Positions 1 through 13,580 of a stretch of DNA of 64,000 nt are shown here, in pieces (positions within the stretch are counted from its first letter, which is position 1; each line of letters opens with the position of its first letter). The notes under the pieces are model-generated. The model searched no databases and had not been told where the DNA came from. It was given only the letters and a program-made list of their open reading frames with translations. This DNA is from the human T2T-CHM13v2.0 reference genome, Homo sapiens. The translations under genes and the position numbers were made by a program. The stretch is from NCBI RefSeq assembly GCF_009914755.1, contig NC_060937.1; one strand, given 5' to 3'.

Positions 1-94
1 AAGCTTAACTTAACCTCCAAATCAAATTTGACCTCACAAGACTCTCTGCTTTATTATTCTAGGCTACTCTCTATAGAAATTATTACAATTTGTT

Positions 95-610
95 ATAAGG
101 ACTCGCAGGGCTCAGAAGCCATTATGCTCATACAGTTTATTACGGTAAATAAATGCAAAGCAAAATTCGCAAAAGGAAAGGTAGGTAGAGTAATGTCTGG
201 AGAAAACCAAACACAGGGTTTTACATGTCCTCTCCCAGTTGCTTCACACAGAGTACTTAATTCTCTGAAAAAAATATGTGACAACGTCTGCAAAGTGTTG
301 GCTAGTAGGTTAGCTAAATGCGATCTTAGGGTCCAAGGTTTTTATTTGAGCCCACTCACATAGGCGCCCTCTGCCTAGCACATCGAAGAAAGAAGAAAAG
401 CATGTTCAGCACAAAACACACCACGTATGCAAACAGTTTAGGGACAGTCAGACACACTTGTTTAATCAGCATTTTATATCAGTGTAGGGAATGGATTATC
501 AGCCAAGTTCCCGGAGACCAAACAAGTACCAAACTTGTAGTTTTTTCTAAGGATGGTCAATCTCAGGCTTGCTATGTTCACTTTTTGGCACAACTCTATA
601 CACTACATTA
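95..610 (-). mobile_element. MER21-family LTR, degraded
   Basis: Resembles recalled MER21 antisense consensus (cagtttattacg...tgtcctctcccagt...atgtgacaac...ggtccaaggtttttattt); TTTATT is the reverse poly(A) signal. Boundaries approximate. Confidence 0.6.
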
Positions 611-1785
611 ACACAAATCGTAGCTCTAAAAAGGGAAATTAAGTATTTTTAGATTGAATAAATGAATGTGTTTCAGGAATTTTCAACTTAGGTATATAAT
701 TAATTTTTCAAATGTTTTTGCATTTGAATGTATTCTTATTCTGAAATGTCAAAAGAGTAGCTAGTGGCAAGAATCCATTATACAACATAGTCTTAGTATA
801 TCAATAGAACCAAGTTTAAAAAATAATTTTCAACTATGGGAAATGAAAGAAGTTGCCCTTCTACTTTGAAACAGAATTGAACATGTATTTTATCTGACTT
901 CTCAAGTTCCTGGAAAAGCAGCCAAAGGTATACCTGCATTGACTTATCATCTAAGAAAGGACAAAGTTATACCTACTTTCAAAATAATTATCCTACAAAA
1001 TATTCTGAAAATTATCATTTTATCATGCTCTTGATTTTTAAACTGTGCATAAAGTTCAGCTGCATGTGTCTTCAGAACCCATGTAAAATATTTCACAGGG
1101 TTCCAAACTGGAAGATGAGCTCAAATGGCCACAATGCCAGTGAATCAGTAGGAAAAAAAAGATATTACTCCACATTTTTGAGTGATTTATTCTGATTTTC
1201 AAAGTGACATTGGATTCCTACTACATAATGAGAATAAGTAGGAGTATGTCTGAAATGGAGGGGATCTCCTGGATGTCTTATTGTATTTCAATTCCTGGTT
1301 ATGAAGCCAAACGAAAATAATAGCAACACAATACAGGCAAACCTATTGATAGTCTTAAACTTTTGGAATAAAAATGTGTACCACCCAACATGCAAGGAAC
1401 CATACTTAGCTGAGTTGCTTGCTTAGTGCAAGAAAACATAAATGGGTAGTCAGGGAAGGCAGATTTAATTACTGGTTATAACCACATGACCACCTGAAGA
1501 TACCAGAACTATAATAATTATGAATATCCCTTATTTTGAATTTTATATGGTTATATTATCACATGTATTAATAATTTTATTTTATCCTCTTCCATAACCC
1601 TATCACATAACATGAATACTATTATTAGTAGATAACCTTGAATTTCAGTATTTAAGTTAATGTACATCAAAGAGGGATAGCACATAATTAACCTAGAAAA
1701 AAACACAAGGCCCATGGATATAGAGACCTTGGGAGAGAGATTTAAGGCATCTTTCAATGAACACATTTTTTATTTTTTATTATTA

Positions 1786-2703
<918 letters not shown>

Positions 2704-2825
2704 GTTATGAGGAAAAGATGCATTTTCTTTGGTAGAGGTATGATTGTACCCATGTCTTTATTTGGAGGTTAAACATTGCTATACGTGGGATATATACAAG
2801 CCCACAGACTTGTATATACGTGGAC

Positions 2826-3361
2826 TGTAGTAGGTTTACAGTGTGTCAGCATAGCTAAGTTGGGTGTGTATTTTTCCAATATTCCTTGCCCTGTGTATGT
2901 CTAAATTCACGTAGTTACAAGGGACATTTTCTGTGAGATTTGGTAGGTGCAAATGAAATAGCCAAACTCTTACACTTCCAATATGGGGCAGGGCAAAAAT
3001 GTTTTAGCTGACGCCGATTGCCACTTACCCTCTGAATTCCCATTTTTTCCCCCTTATTAGACCCAGAAGATCCGTTGGAAGTCCAGCTCCTGCTGAATCT
3101 CCTCCTTCAGCTTCTTTGACTCTGCAATTATGTGAATTATCAGACCCACAGTGAAAGTTTCAACTTTCACTCATAATCCCCTCATAATCAAAGCTGAAAA
3201 CCTCAAAGTGGAAGAAAACAATTTGGATTCCAATCTATCTTCAGTGATTCCACAAGTGATCACCATTTTATTTTCCCCCCTTTCTCTATTTTCCTATTTC
3301 CCAATTTCCTGATCAGCTATTGATTTTGATTTTGATTAGACTCTGACACAACTAATATACA
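2826..3361 (+). mobile_element. ERVL-class 3' LTR (LTR41-like, tentative)
   Basis: Begins TGTAG directly after the ERVL internal end and finishes ...actaatataca, a typical ERVL LTR terminus. Confidence 0.5.
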
Positions 3362-3404
3362 AAAATTATATGTGCATAAAACACACTTGGGTATCATAAA
3401 CCTT

Positions 3405-3595
3405 TCAACTCTAATTATTAATGAGCTATCTATTTGGTAAAGTTGTTCAAAACTCTTAACACCTCAATTTCCTTTCCTGAAAAATGAGACTAATAATATC
3501 TAGCTCAAAGAATTGTTTTGACAAATAAATGAGATAAAATATGCAAAATGCTCGTTATTAAATAAACTATTCAGAAAGCACTCAGACAATGTCAA
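3405..3595 (+). mobile_element. MIR SINE
   Basis: MIR core cctcaatttcctttcctgaaaaatgagactaataata...taaatgagataaaatatgcaaaatgct. Confidence 0.75.
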
Positions 3596-5914
3596 ATACA
3601 ATCTATTATGCTAAAAACAATGAAAAGAATCTTTTTGAATTAAAGTGAAAATAAAAACTCTTCTAGTGGTATTTTTCCTCAACAGTGCCCTATATGTATG
3701 TGGTTCAAATAGATACGCTTTCAGGAACCCTTGAATAAGAAATAATACTGTTTTATACAAAAATCAATTTCTGAGCATTTTTTCAAAAGGTAGATTTGGC
3801 ATGAGAGAATATTAGAAATATGAAGCATCTTTCAAAACAAGCAAATATTTGTGGTTAAAAATGCAGGACTTATCTCCTTTAAATTCATTAGAACATTAAA
3901 ATATAAATATTATTTCATTTGGAGAATAAGTAGGGTCAGGAAGTCCTGATAATTTCAAATGAAAACATCACACTCTTTTAAGAGAATCTACAATAAAGAT
4001 ACAGAGAATGCATTTTAAAATACTGCTTATACTCAAGGAATGATCAGAAAAATTCACTAAAATGTTAAATATTAAATAAAATCATCAAGGTACTTATTGT
4101 ATTTTCAATTTAGAGAGTAATTTTTCTCCTGTACTTTATTTTTTCAAACAGTAGCTGTGTTATGAGATAGATACTACTATTCCTATAAAGAAGCATTGAA
4201 ATTTTGAATCAATAGGCATTTTGGTATTTTTAGAGACCTAACCATTTATTCGTGTGAAAGTTATGACTTATCCACCCAGATTCATTATTATGTAACTGTA
4301 TCTTAGTATCTCTGTGGCTAGCTTAAAATGCATTATGGAAATTATACTATGTCAAGTAAGAATTTATTGTCAAAATGTTCAAATACTATAAGTAGGAAAA
4401 TGTTTTCAATATGTCAAAAAACAAAGAGAGTGGCCTTTAAATTGAAACATATTCACAGCAACTTTTACATAAATAAGGGGAAAAAATCAATAGGCACTTT
4501 TTGAATGACTCTGAAAGCTATGCTATCCAGGGATGTGTTATCTGATTTACAAGTAGACTGATACATGTTTTACAGGTTGGGTGAATTTGTGTTAATGTCA
4601 CATAAAGATGTTGTATTAATATGTTTCTGAATTCTCCCTATAATTACATTATTGCAAAATACAAAGTGTAACTAACTTAATTTAGGTGTGTGGAGAATCA
4701 CTCTCTGTCTTCTACCTATTGGTGTTTCTCCTAGGAATCAGTCTCATTCTTCTCCATGTACTTAAATCTACTGCAACTCCAGCTGTTTTACCTATTCTTG
4801 TCATCATCTCACTTAATCAAATAACATCAAAAAGAAAAAAGAAACAAGAAAAAATGTCCAATTAAACAATATACTAAGACTATTACACCAAAACAATAAC
4901 TTGAGATTTAACACAGTAATAAAATGCCAAAGTTCAGAAAAACTAAAGAAAAAATTATATTGCAATCACATACTAGAAATAATTGCTGGTGAGAGAGAGG
5001 CAGATGCAGTAATTAAGAAGGGGGTGGACGGAAAAGTGGCAGTGAGCTAAAGGTGATTTAAAAAGGTATAAAAACCTAGTGCACACCCATGATTTGAGAA
5101 CTGCTCTGTGGAAGTAATATATTTTTATAAACATTTTATAAGTACTTTTCATGTGCATTCTTTTATTTTGAAAGAGATAATCTCTATTTTGTTTTAAAGA
5201 TAGACATCTTAGCAACTGTTTCAAAGTTTACTATGCATCTCATTCTCTATAAAAGTGAAGAAATTCATCCAATAATCCTATAATATACACTAAAATAAGT
5301 CTGAGGTAGAACTTTTCCATCATAACTTTCTGAGATAATTAGACATTTAGAATCAACAGAAACCATATACACTTTTATCATCTTTATATTTGGCTTGGTA
5401 AAAGATCATTGCACTCTCATTTCTAGTATAATTTGACTGCATGATAAAATGCTGTATTTTATTGTTTTACTTGATACTACAAGAACATATTAAATTTTGA
5501 CAAACAATAAAAACACGGCCATATACAACTTGTTTTTGAATACAACATCTCAAAGAATGCTTTAGTTCTGATATGTATTTTTCTAATAAAGTTTGTTAGT
5601 GAACATAGCAAAATAACTTTAGGCAAGAATATAGAAAAATTATAAAATGTTGATCATAAAAATATAATTCTATATTGATTGTCCCTGTTGTTTTTCAACC
5701 TATCTCTTTTCCCTGTGGGGAGTAAATAGGAATAATCCATTTGAGAAGACAACTCAAGGAAAGTGATACTAAATTGTGTGTGTGTCTGTGTGTGCATGTG
5801 CACACACATACCTGTGTGTATTAATAATGCTTCACTATACAGCAGAGAGCGTAGAAATATTTTCTATCTGCTTTCAGCTTTTTTAAGCCTCATGGACCAT
5901 TCAGAACATATTGA

Positions 5915-6055
5915 CATTGTGTTACACACCAAAACCTGAGAATCAGAGAAGTTATTTTGCCTTTTTAAGATCATACAGCTAGTAAGGAAGTGGGGAGCTG
6001 AACATTTAAAACATAATTTTTATGATACTCAAGCTACTTATTATTATCCCACTAA
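5915..6055 (-). mobile_element. MIR SINE fragment
   Basis: aaaacctgagaatcagagaagtta...aagatcatacagctagtaagg matches the antisense MIR core. Confidence 0.7.
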
Positions 6056-6129
6056 ATTGTGCTCCATGACCTATATATTTTATGACTATTTCAGGAGGAA
6101 ATAATTGAAGTAGTCATACTTGAAAATAT

Positions 6130-9100
6130 TATTTTTCTTTTATTGATAGATAATATTTTGCATATTTATGGAGTAATGTGAATGCTTTTAAAAGCAAAGG
6201 ATATGTAATGATCAAGAAAGCTTATTGAGGGTATTCATCATATTGAGTATTTATCTCTTCTATGTGTTTGTAACATGTCTTCAATTCCAGCTACTTTGAA
6301 ATATATATTGTTGCAAATGACAGTCACTCTATTATTCTATTAAACACTAGGACTTATTTTATTGCTTCTATACAGCTATAAATTTGACTCACTCACTGAT
6401 ATGGCTTGGCTCTGTTTCCCCACCCAAATCTCATCTTGAACTGTCATCCCCACATGTCAGGGGAGGGACAAGTACACGTACCTCTTTGAGATACCTGTAT
6501 AAGAAAGCTTGTTTTGTGAATAGATAATTGGGAGTGGGATTGCTAGATTGTATGGTAGTTCTTTTATTTGCTTTTCATAGAAATTTTCATACTGTTTCCC
6601 ACAGTGCTTGTATTAACATACATTCCCACTAAGGGTGTATAAGAGTTACCTTTTCACCACTTCATTGCCACCATCTGCTATTTTTTTTGTTTTTTTAATA
6701 ACAGCCATTCTAACTATGGTAAGGTGATATCTCATTGGGGTTTTGATTTGCATTTTACTAATGATAAGTGATGTTGAGCATTTTTGTATATACCTGTGGG
6801 CCATTTGCATGTTTTTTTTTAAAGAAATGACTATGCGTGTTCTTATCTTATATTTTAATTGGATTATTCTTTCTATTGTTAAGTTGTGTGAATTCCTTAT
6901 ATATTCTATATATTAGTTGCTGGCCAGATGAGTAGTTTGCAACTTTTTCTCCTATGAAAAACGTTTTCTCATCACTCTGTTGATTATTTTCTTTGCTGTA
7001 AAGAAACCTTTTGGTTTAACATCGTTCCAATTGTATATTTTTGTTTGTGCTTTTGAGGTATTAGCCATAAAATCTTTGCCTAAGTCAATGTCCTAAAGTG
7101 TTTATTCTGTTTTCTTTTATTAGTTTTATAGTTTTGCATCTTACATTTAATTATTTATTTTATCTGAAGTTAATTTTTGTGTATAGTGAGAGATAGGAGT
7201 CCAGGTAATTCTTCCATATATGGATAGCTGATTTTCCCAACACAATTTATTGAAGAGGGTATCATTTCCTTAACGTATGTTCTTGGTTCCTTTGTTAAAA
7301 ATCTTAAATATTTGGATTTATTTCTGGGTGCTTTATTCTGTCCCATTGTGTCTATTTCTATACCAATGCCATGCTGTTTTGATTATTATAGCCTTATAAT
7401 CTGAAGTCAGTTTGTGTGAGGTTTTGAACTTCGTTCTTTTTGCTTAGGATTGCTTTGGCTATTCCGACTACATCTTGGTTCCATAAAAATTTTAGGATTG
7501 CTTTTCTATTTCTGTGAAAAATGACAATGGTATTTTGATAGGGAGGGCATTGAATGTGTATTTTATTTGGGGTAGTATGGTCATTTCAAGGATATTAATT
7601 CTTCTTATCCATGACTATAAGATGTCTTTTCATTTGTTTGTTCAATTTTTTCATCAATGTCTTATAGTTTTCCTTGAACAGATCTTTTACCTCCTTAGTT
7701 AAATTTATTCCTAGGTATTTTGTTTTTATTGTAGCTACTGGAAATAGGATTACCAACTTGATTTATTTTTCAACTATTTAATTATTGTATAGAAATGTTA
7801 TTAACTTGTATATGTTAATTTTGTCTTCTGCAACTGTACTGAATTTATTTTTAAGCACTAAGAGTTATTTTGGTGTAGTCTTTAGGTTTTTGTAAATATA
7901 ACATTATTTCATCTGCAGATAGGAACTATTTAACATTGTCTTTTCCAATTTGGATATCTTTTATTTTTTGTTTTGCCTGATTGGACTGTCTAGGACTTCC
8001 TAATACTAAGTTGAAAAAGAGTGATGAAAGTGAACATTCTTGTTTTATTCTAGTGCTTAGAGGAAAGACTCTCAACCTTTCCCATTCAGAATGACATTAG
8101 CTGTGGATTTGTCATATGTAGCCTTTATTATTCTGAGGTATGTTTCTCATATGTCTAGTTCATTGAGTTTTTGTCATGAAGAGATGTTGAATTTTATCAA
8201 ATGCTTTTTCTACATCTATTGTGAGTATATGTTTCTGTCTTCATTTTCATGATGTGATACATCCCTTCAATAGATTTGCATATGTTAAACCATCCTTGAA
8301 TCCTTAAGAAAAATCCCAATAGATCATGATGTATTATCTTTTTGATGTCCTGCTGAATTTTATTTGCTATTATGTTATTGAAAATTTTTGCATCTATCTT
8401 CATGAGGGATATTGACCTGTAAGTATTTTTGTTGTTGTTAGGCCTCTGGTTAGTTTGGTATCAGGGGAATGCTGGCCTCTTACAATGAGTTAGAAAGAAT
8501 TCTCTCCTCTTCAGTTTTTTGAAATACTTTGAGAAGGATTGGTACTATTTCCTTTTTCTATGTTTGGTAGAATTCCATAGTGAATCCATTCAGCCATGAG
8601 CTTTTATTTGTTGAAAGATTTTTTATCAGTGATTTAATATCACTACTCATTATTGATCTGTTCAGATTTTCTATTTCTTTCTCATATAATCTTGATAGGT
8701 TGTATGTTTACAGAAATATACCCATTTTCTCTATGTTTTCCACTATTTTAATACATAGTTGTTCATAATCTCTGATGATATTTTGTATTTCTGTAGTATT
8801 AGTTGCAATGTTGCTTTTTTCATTTCTGATTTTGTTTATTTGGGTCTTTTCCTGGTTAGTCTAGCTAACATTTAATCATTTTTTTTTATCCTTTCAAAGA
8901 ATCAACTTTTCACTGAACTTGTGTGTTTTTTAATGTCTATTTCATTTAGTTCTGCTTTGATCTTTATTATTTCTTTCCTTTTGCTAATTTCGGCTTTGTC
9001 TGGTTCATGCTACTCTAATTCCTTGAGGTGCATTGTTATACTATTTGAAAATTTTCTATTCTTTTGATATACATGTTTATTGCTACAAATTCCCCTCTTA

Positions 9101-10443
9101 GTACTGCTTTTGTTGAATCCCATAGTTTTCGGTATGTTGTGTTTCCATTTTCGTTTGTGATAATTTTTTTTTATTTTTATATTAATTTATTCATTGACCC
9201 AATGGCTGTTCAGGAGCGTGTTATTTCACATCCATGTATTTGTACAGTTTCAAAAGTTCCTCGTCGTGTTGATATCTAGTTATATTCCATTGTGTTCTTA
9301 GAAGATAATATAATTTTTTAAAATGTGTTGAAACTGCTTTGAAGAATAACATATGGCCTATCCTGGAGAATGTTCCATGTAGTGATGAGAAGAATGTGTA
9401 GTATATTTTGCAGTTATTGGATAAAATGTTCTGTAAATGTCTGTTAGGTCCCTTTGGTCTAAGATCCAGTTTACATTCAATGTTTCTTTTTTGATTTTCT
9501 GTCTAGATGATCTGTTTAATGCTGCTAGTGCATTGTTAACGTCCTCCACTATTATTGTATTGCAGTCTGTCTCTCTCTTTAGATCTAGGAATATATGCTT
9601 TATTAATCTGGGTGCTCCAGTGTTGGGTGCATACATATTTAGAATTGTTATATCCTTTTGCCAGATTTTTCCTTTTATCATTATATGATGCCCTTCATTG
9701 TCCTCTTTTTCTTTTTTTTTTCTTAACTGCTTTTAACTTGGAGTCTGTTTTATCTACTCTAACTAGAGCTAGTCCTGCTAGCTTGCATTTACGTGAAATA
9801 TCTTTTGTCATTCCTTTATTTTCAGACTTTATATGTCTTTACAGGTGAAGTGCAGTTATTGGGGAGCCTTGCTTGCTGCTCAGTCTCAGGTGTGGTCAAC
9901 CATGGTTGCTTGCACCTAAGGCCTGGTGGCAGCAGCTGTCACGTCTCTTGTGCCTCAGCGCCAGTGATGTTGGACTCTAGCACAGTGAGCAGTCTGTTGA
10001 AGACGGGGCTCTAAAATGGTGCCTTGCTGTAGCTGCTGTGGTCTCAGAGAATGTGTGGGACTCAGTGCTACCTTCCTCATTGGTGCAGTGCCTTCACACA
10101 ATTTCCTTCTAGCTCTTTATGTTAGTTTCAGGGTCCTCCAAGGGTTAAGGGTCTTTCCTATGGCTAGGATTGCCAGAGTACATGATGCAAACGTAAACCT
10201 CTGAGGGTATTTCGCTTACTCTTTCTCCATACTGGGGAGTATCTCTCAGCTCTCAGCCACTGCTGGCCTTGCAAGCTGCCTTGCTTCCTTCTCCTTTGCT
10301 TTAATTATTGTCTGTCACTTTTCCATTGAATTTCCATTTTCTCTTGTTTCATCGATTTGAGGTGTGATAATCTATTCATAATTTTGGTGCTTCTAGTGGA
10401 GGAGTTGAGTACAAAGTGCTTCTTGTCAGCTATCATAAAGCCC
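6130..10443 (-). mobile_element. Old LINE-1 (L1MA4-like): 3'UTR, decayed ORF2 and 5'UTR, with ORF1 deleted
   Basis: L1MA 3' end at 6130; ORF2 peptides KIDAKIFNNIIANKIQQDIKKIIHHD (8197-8403) and DITILNMYAPNTGAP...LTDIYRTFYP (9358-9681); GC-richer 5'UTR-like sequence 9853-10443. Confidence 0.88.
6397..6472 (+). mobile_element. THE1/MST MaLR LTR 5' stub
   Basis: tgatatggcttggctctgtttccccacccaaatctcatcttgaactgt is a THE1 LTR start; truncated after ~75 bp. Confidence 0.75.
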
Positions 10444-12074
10444 CTTGAAAATTTTTGAAGAAAAATATGTTTTAAGCTTTAATATCTTTTACCATTTCAA
10501 GTTTTATTCAAAGATTTTTATCTGCATTACATAGATTCTATGTGTATTAGAAATTGTAAGTTTTAAGATATTGAATATTTATCTAAAAGCACACAAAAGT
10601 AAACATAATTTTGAGGTAGCAGTTAATTTTAGTGCTTGATATTTGGCTGGTGCCTTTTATGAATTTATGCAAAATTACTTATAACAAAAATTATATTTTG
10701 TCAAGATGACTTACTAGAGATGTTGGATATTAGTTTTTCTCAAAAAGTAGAACCAAAGTTACAGGGGAATAATTATATCTCAAATAGAATGCCAAGGGAA
10801 GGGTGGAGCCTAGTAAAGAGCTAATGGGAATAAACAAGGGTACAAAGAAAGAGGGAAGCGTGAAGCTGGCAGAAGTCACATAGGAACCATGAGGGACTTG
10901 GTAATTTGTTGAAAGGTTGAGTGGGAATGTTTTTATCTCCTCATCCCTGAGGCAGACTGCCAGTATCTGAAATGACAGAGAGCTCCTCTGCTCTCATAAA
11001 CCAATCATCACTGGTGTGGGCAGCAACTTGGGTTCTTCTTGAGGGCATTACACCAGACTACCAACATATATCACTCTGGACCTAAGCCGTGGTGGGGGGC
11101 ATTATACTGGGAAGTACAGCCATCAGGGGACTGTGTCCTAATTAGAGAATCTCTGCCCTTGTGTCTCCACATCACCAAAGCCCCCATAGACCATCTCCAC
11201 CACCTGCTCAGCTTGCAACAACCACACAAGTCTCCCCGAACACAGAGGATTGCAAGGTTCCCAGTGTTCTAGCCCTTAGGCAGTGTTGCTTCTAAGGGAA
11301 GGTGGAGAGCAGCACATCAAGGGAGCAGCTTTTGGGACAAAAGAAATCAGAGCATATAATTTACTGTGCCTGAGAGCTCCCTGCTTAAGGGCTGAGAATG
11401 ACTGTGACACTTCCAATGGAGATATGGGTGCTTTAGTTGGCTCTGCAAGGGAGAAGTGAAATTCTCTCCCTGTGGCCAACTGACCTCAGTATTTGAGAAC
11501 AGCCTTGGGGATAGGCATTTCTCCTCCCACCTCCACCCACTGCTGCAGAAACACCTGTGGCTGCTCCAACAGGGGATTGATACAAGCATGCCAGAGGAGG
11601 ATCATTCTAGGGCTCTTAGGGGCAACAGCATCCCAACTGGGCTAAGGCTTGCATGAAAGGTTTGGCCCTTCCCCTCTCTACACAAAGTAGCAGAATGTCT
11701 GTAGTAGAGGGGACCTACTAGCCTGAAGATTGAACTTCATGACCCAATACAAAATCTGCTGACATGAGTACATAGCACTAGAAAAGAAGCTTTCTGACAC
11801 CCCCTCCATCCCAGCCCAGCAGGAATTTGTGAGCCTGTTCACAAGCCCTGTACATAGCTAGCTACTACAACCAACTTGAGAAAACCATCATAGTAAGGCT
11901 ATCAATAACCAAGGAACACATATACAGAGAGTCTTTGCCACTGAAAGCACTTAGAACCAAAGGCGAAAAACCCTAGACAGCATACATTGTAGCCATGTTC
12001 CAAAAAGGAAATTTAAAAATCCCATCCAAATGAAAGTAAATTCAAATTCAAAAGTAAAAAGAGATCATTTATCC

Positions 12075-12541
12075 ACATGCACACATATGTTTATTGTGGC
12101 ACTGTTCACAATAGCAAAGACATGGAACCAACTAAATGCCCATCAATGATAATCTGTATAAAGAAAATGTGGCACATATACACCATGGAATACTATGAAG
12201 CCATAAAAAAGGATGAGTTCATGTCCTTTGCAGGGACATGAATGAATCTGGAAACCATCATTCTCAGCAAACCAAGACGGGAACAGAAAACCAAACACCA
12301 CATGTTCTCACTCATAAGTGGGAGTTGAACAATGAGAATACATGGACGTGGGGAGGGGAACATCACACACTGTGGCCTGTCAGGGGGTGGGGGCTAGAGG
12401 AGGGAGAGCATTAGGAGAAATACCTAATGTAGATGACAGGTTGATGGGTGCAGCAGACCTCCATGGCACGTGTATACCTATGTAACAAACCTGCACGTTC
12501 TGCACATGTATCCCAGAACTTAAAGTATAATAAATAAAAAA
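12075..12541 (+). mobile_element. L1PA7-like 3' end, 5'-truncated
   Basis: gcattaggagaaatacctaatgtagatgacaggttgatgggtgcagca...gtatcccagaacttaaagtataat plus A-rich tail. Confidence 0.9.
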
Positions 12542-12906
12542 TATATATAAATTGGCAGAATGGAGAAAAAGTACAAAATCAAACCATATGCAGCTTAAAG
12601 ACACCACACTGAATTATACATTCAAGGTAAAAGGGAAAATATTCCATGTAAACAGAAACCGACTGCCAACAGGAGTAACTATGCTTACATCAGATAAACG
12701 TACTTTAAATCAACAGCAGTATAAAAAAAAACAAAGAAGGTCACTATATAATGATAATGGGATCAATTTAGTAAGAATGCATAACAATCCTAAAGATATA
12801 CTGAACCAATACTAAAACATCCAGATTCATAAAAACAAAATACTACTAGACCAAAGAAAAGAAATTTACAGCAACACGATAATAGTAGGAGTCTTTAATC
12901 CCTTAC

Positions 12907-13351
12907 TCATAGCACTAGTCAGATTATTGAGCTACAAAATTAACAAAACAATTAGATTTTAATTGGACTTAGACCAAATGAACATAATAGATATTTGCAT
13001 AACGTTCTACTCAGCAACAGCAGAAAATACATTCTTCTCATCAGCAGGTGGAATTTTTTTTTTTTGAGATGGAGTCTAGCTATACCAGACTAAACTATAC
13101 TATATACTATATACTAGTCTATATACTAGACTATACTATATAGTCTAGCTGTACTAGCTGACCAGTCATAGCACTAGTCAGATTATTGAGCTATAAAATT
13201 AACAAAATAATTGGATTTTAATTGGACTTAGACCAAATGAACATAATAGATATTTGCGTAACGTTCTACTCAGCAACAGCAGAAAATACATTCTTCTCAT
13301 GAGCAGGTGGAATTTTTTTTTTTTTTTTTGAGATGGAGTCTAGCATACCAG
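12907..13351. repeat. ~182-bp direct duplication with 77-bp low-complexity filler
   Basis: 12907-13088 is repeated at 13166-13351 with a few substitutions and a different poly-T length. Confidence 0.95.
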
Positions 13352-13580
13352 GCTGGTATGCCATGGTGTGATCTTAGCTCACTGCAACCTCTGCCTACCA
13401 GGTTCAAGGGATTCTCCTGCCTCAGCCTCCTGAGTAAACTGGAGGTGTGCCACCACGCCTGGCTAATTTTTGTATTTTTAGTATAGATGGGGTTTCACCA
13501 TATTGGCCAGGCTGGTCTCAAACTCTTGACCTCAAGTGATCTGCCCACATCTGCCTCACAAAGTGCTGGGATTACTGGCT
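13313..13580 (-). mobile_element. AluSx/Sz-like with small deletions
   Basis: Poly-T then antisense Alu; gacctcaagtgatc; the 5' terminal region is partly deleted (gggattactggct). Confidence 0.9.

Noticed and set aside
1-6. Window begins with AAGCTT (HindIII site)
   Set aside because: Most likely a clone end, not a biological feature.
28-363. 111-aa ORF
   Set aside because: Starts at TTG, lies in a decayed LTR and has no recognisable domain.
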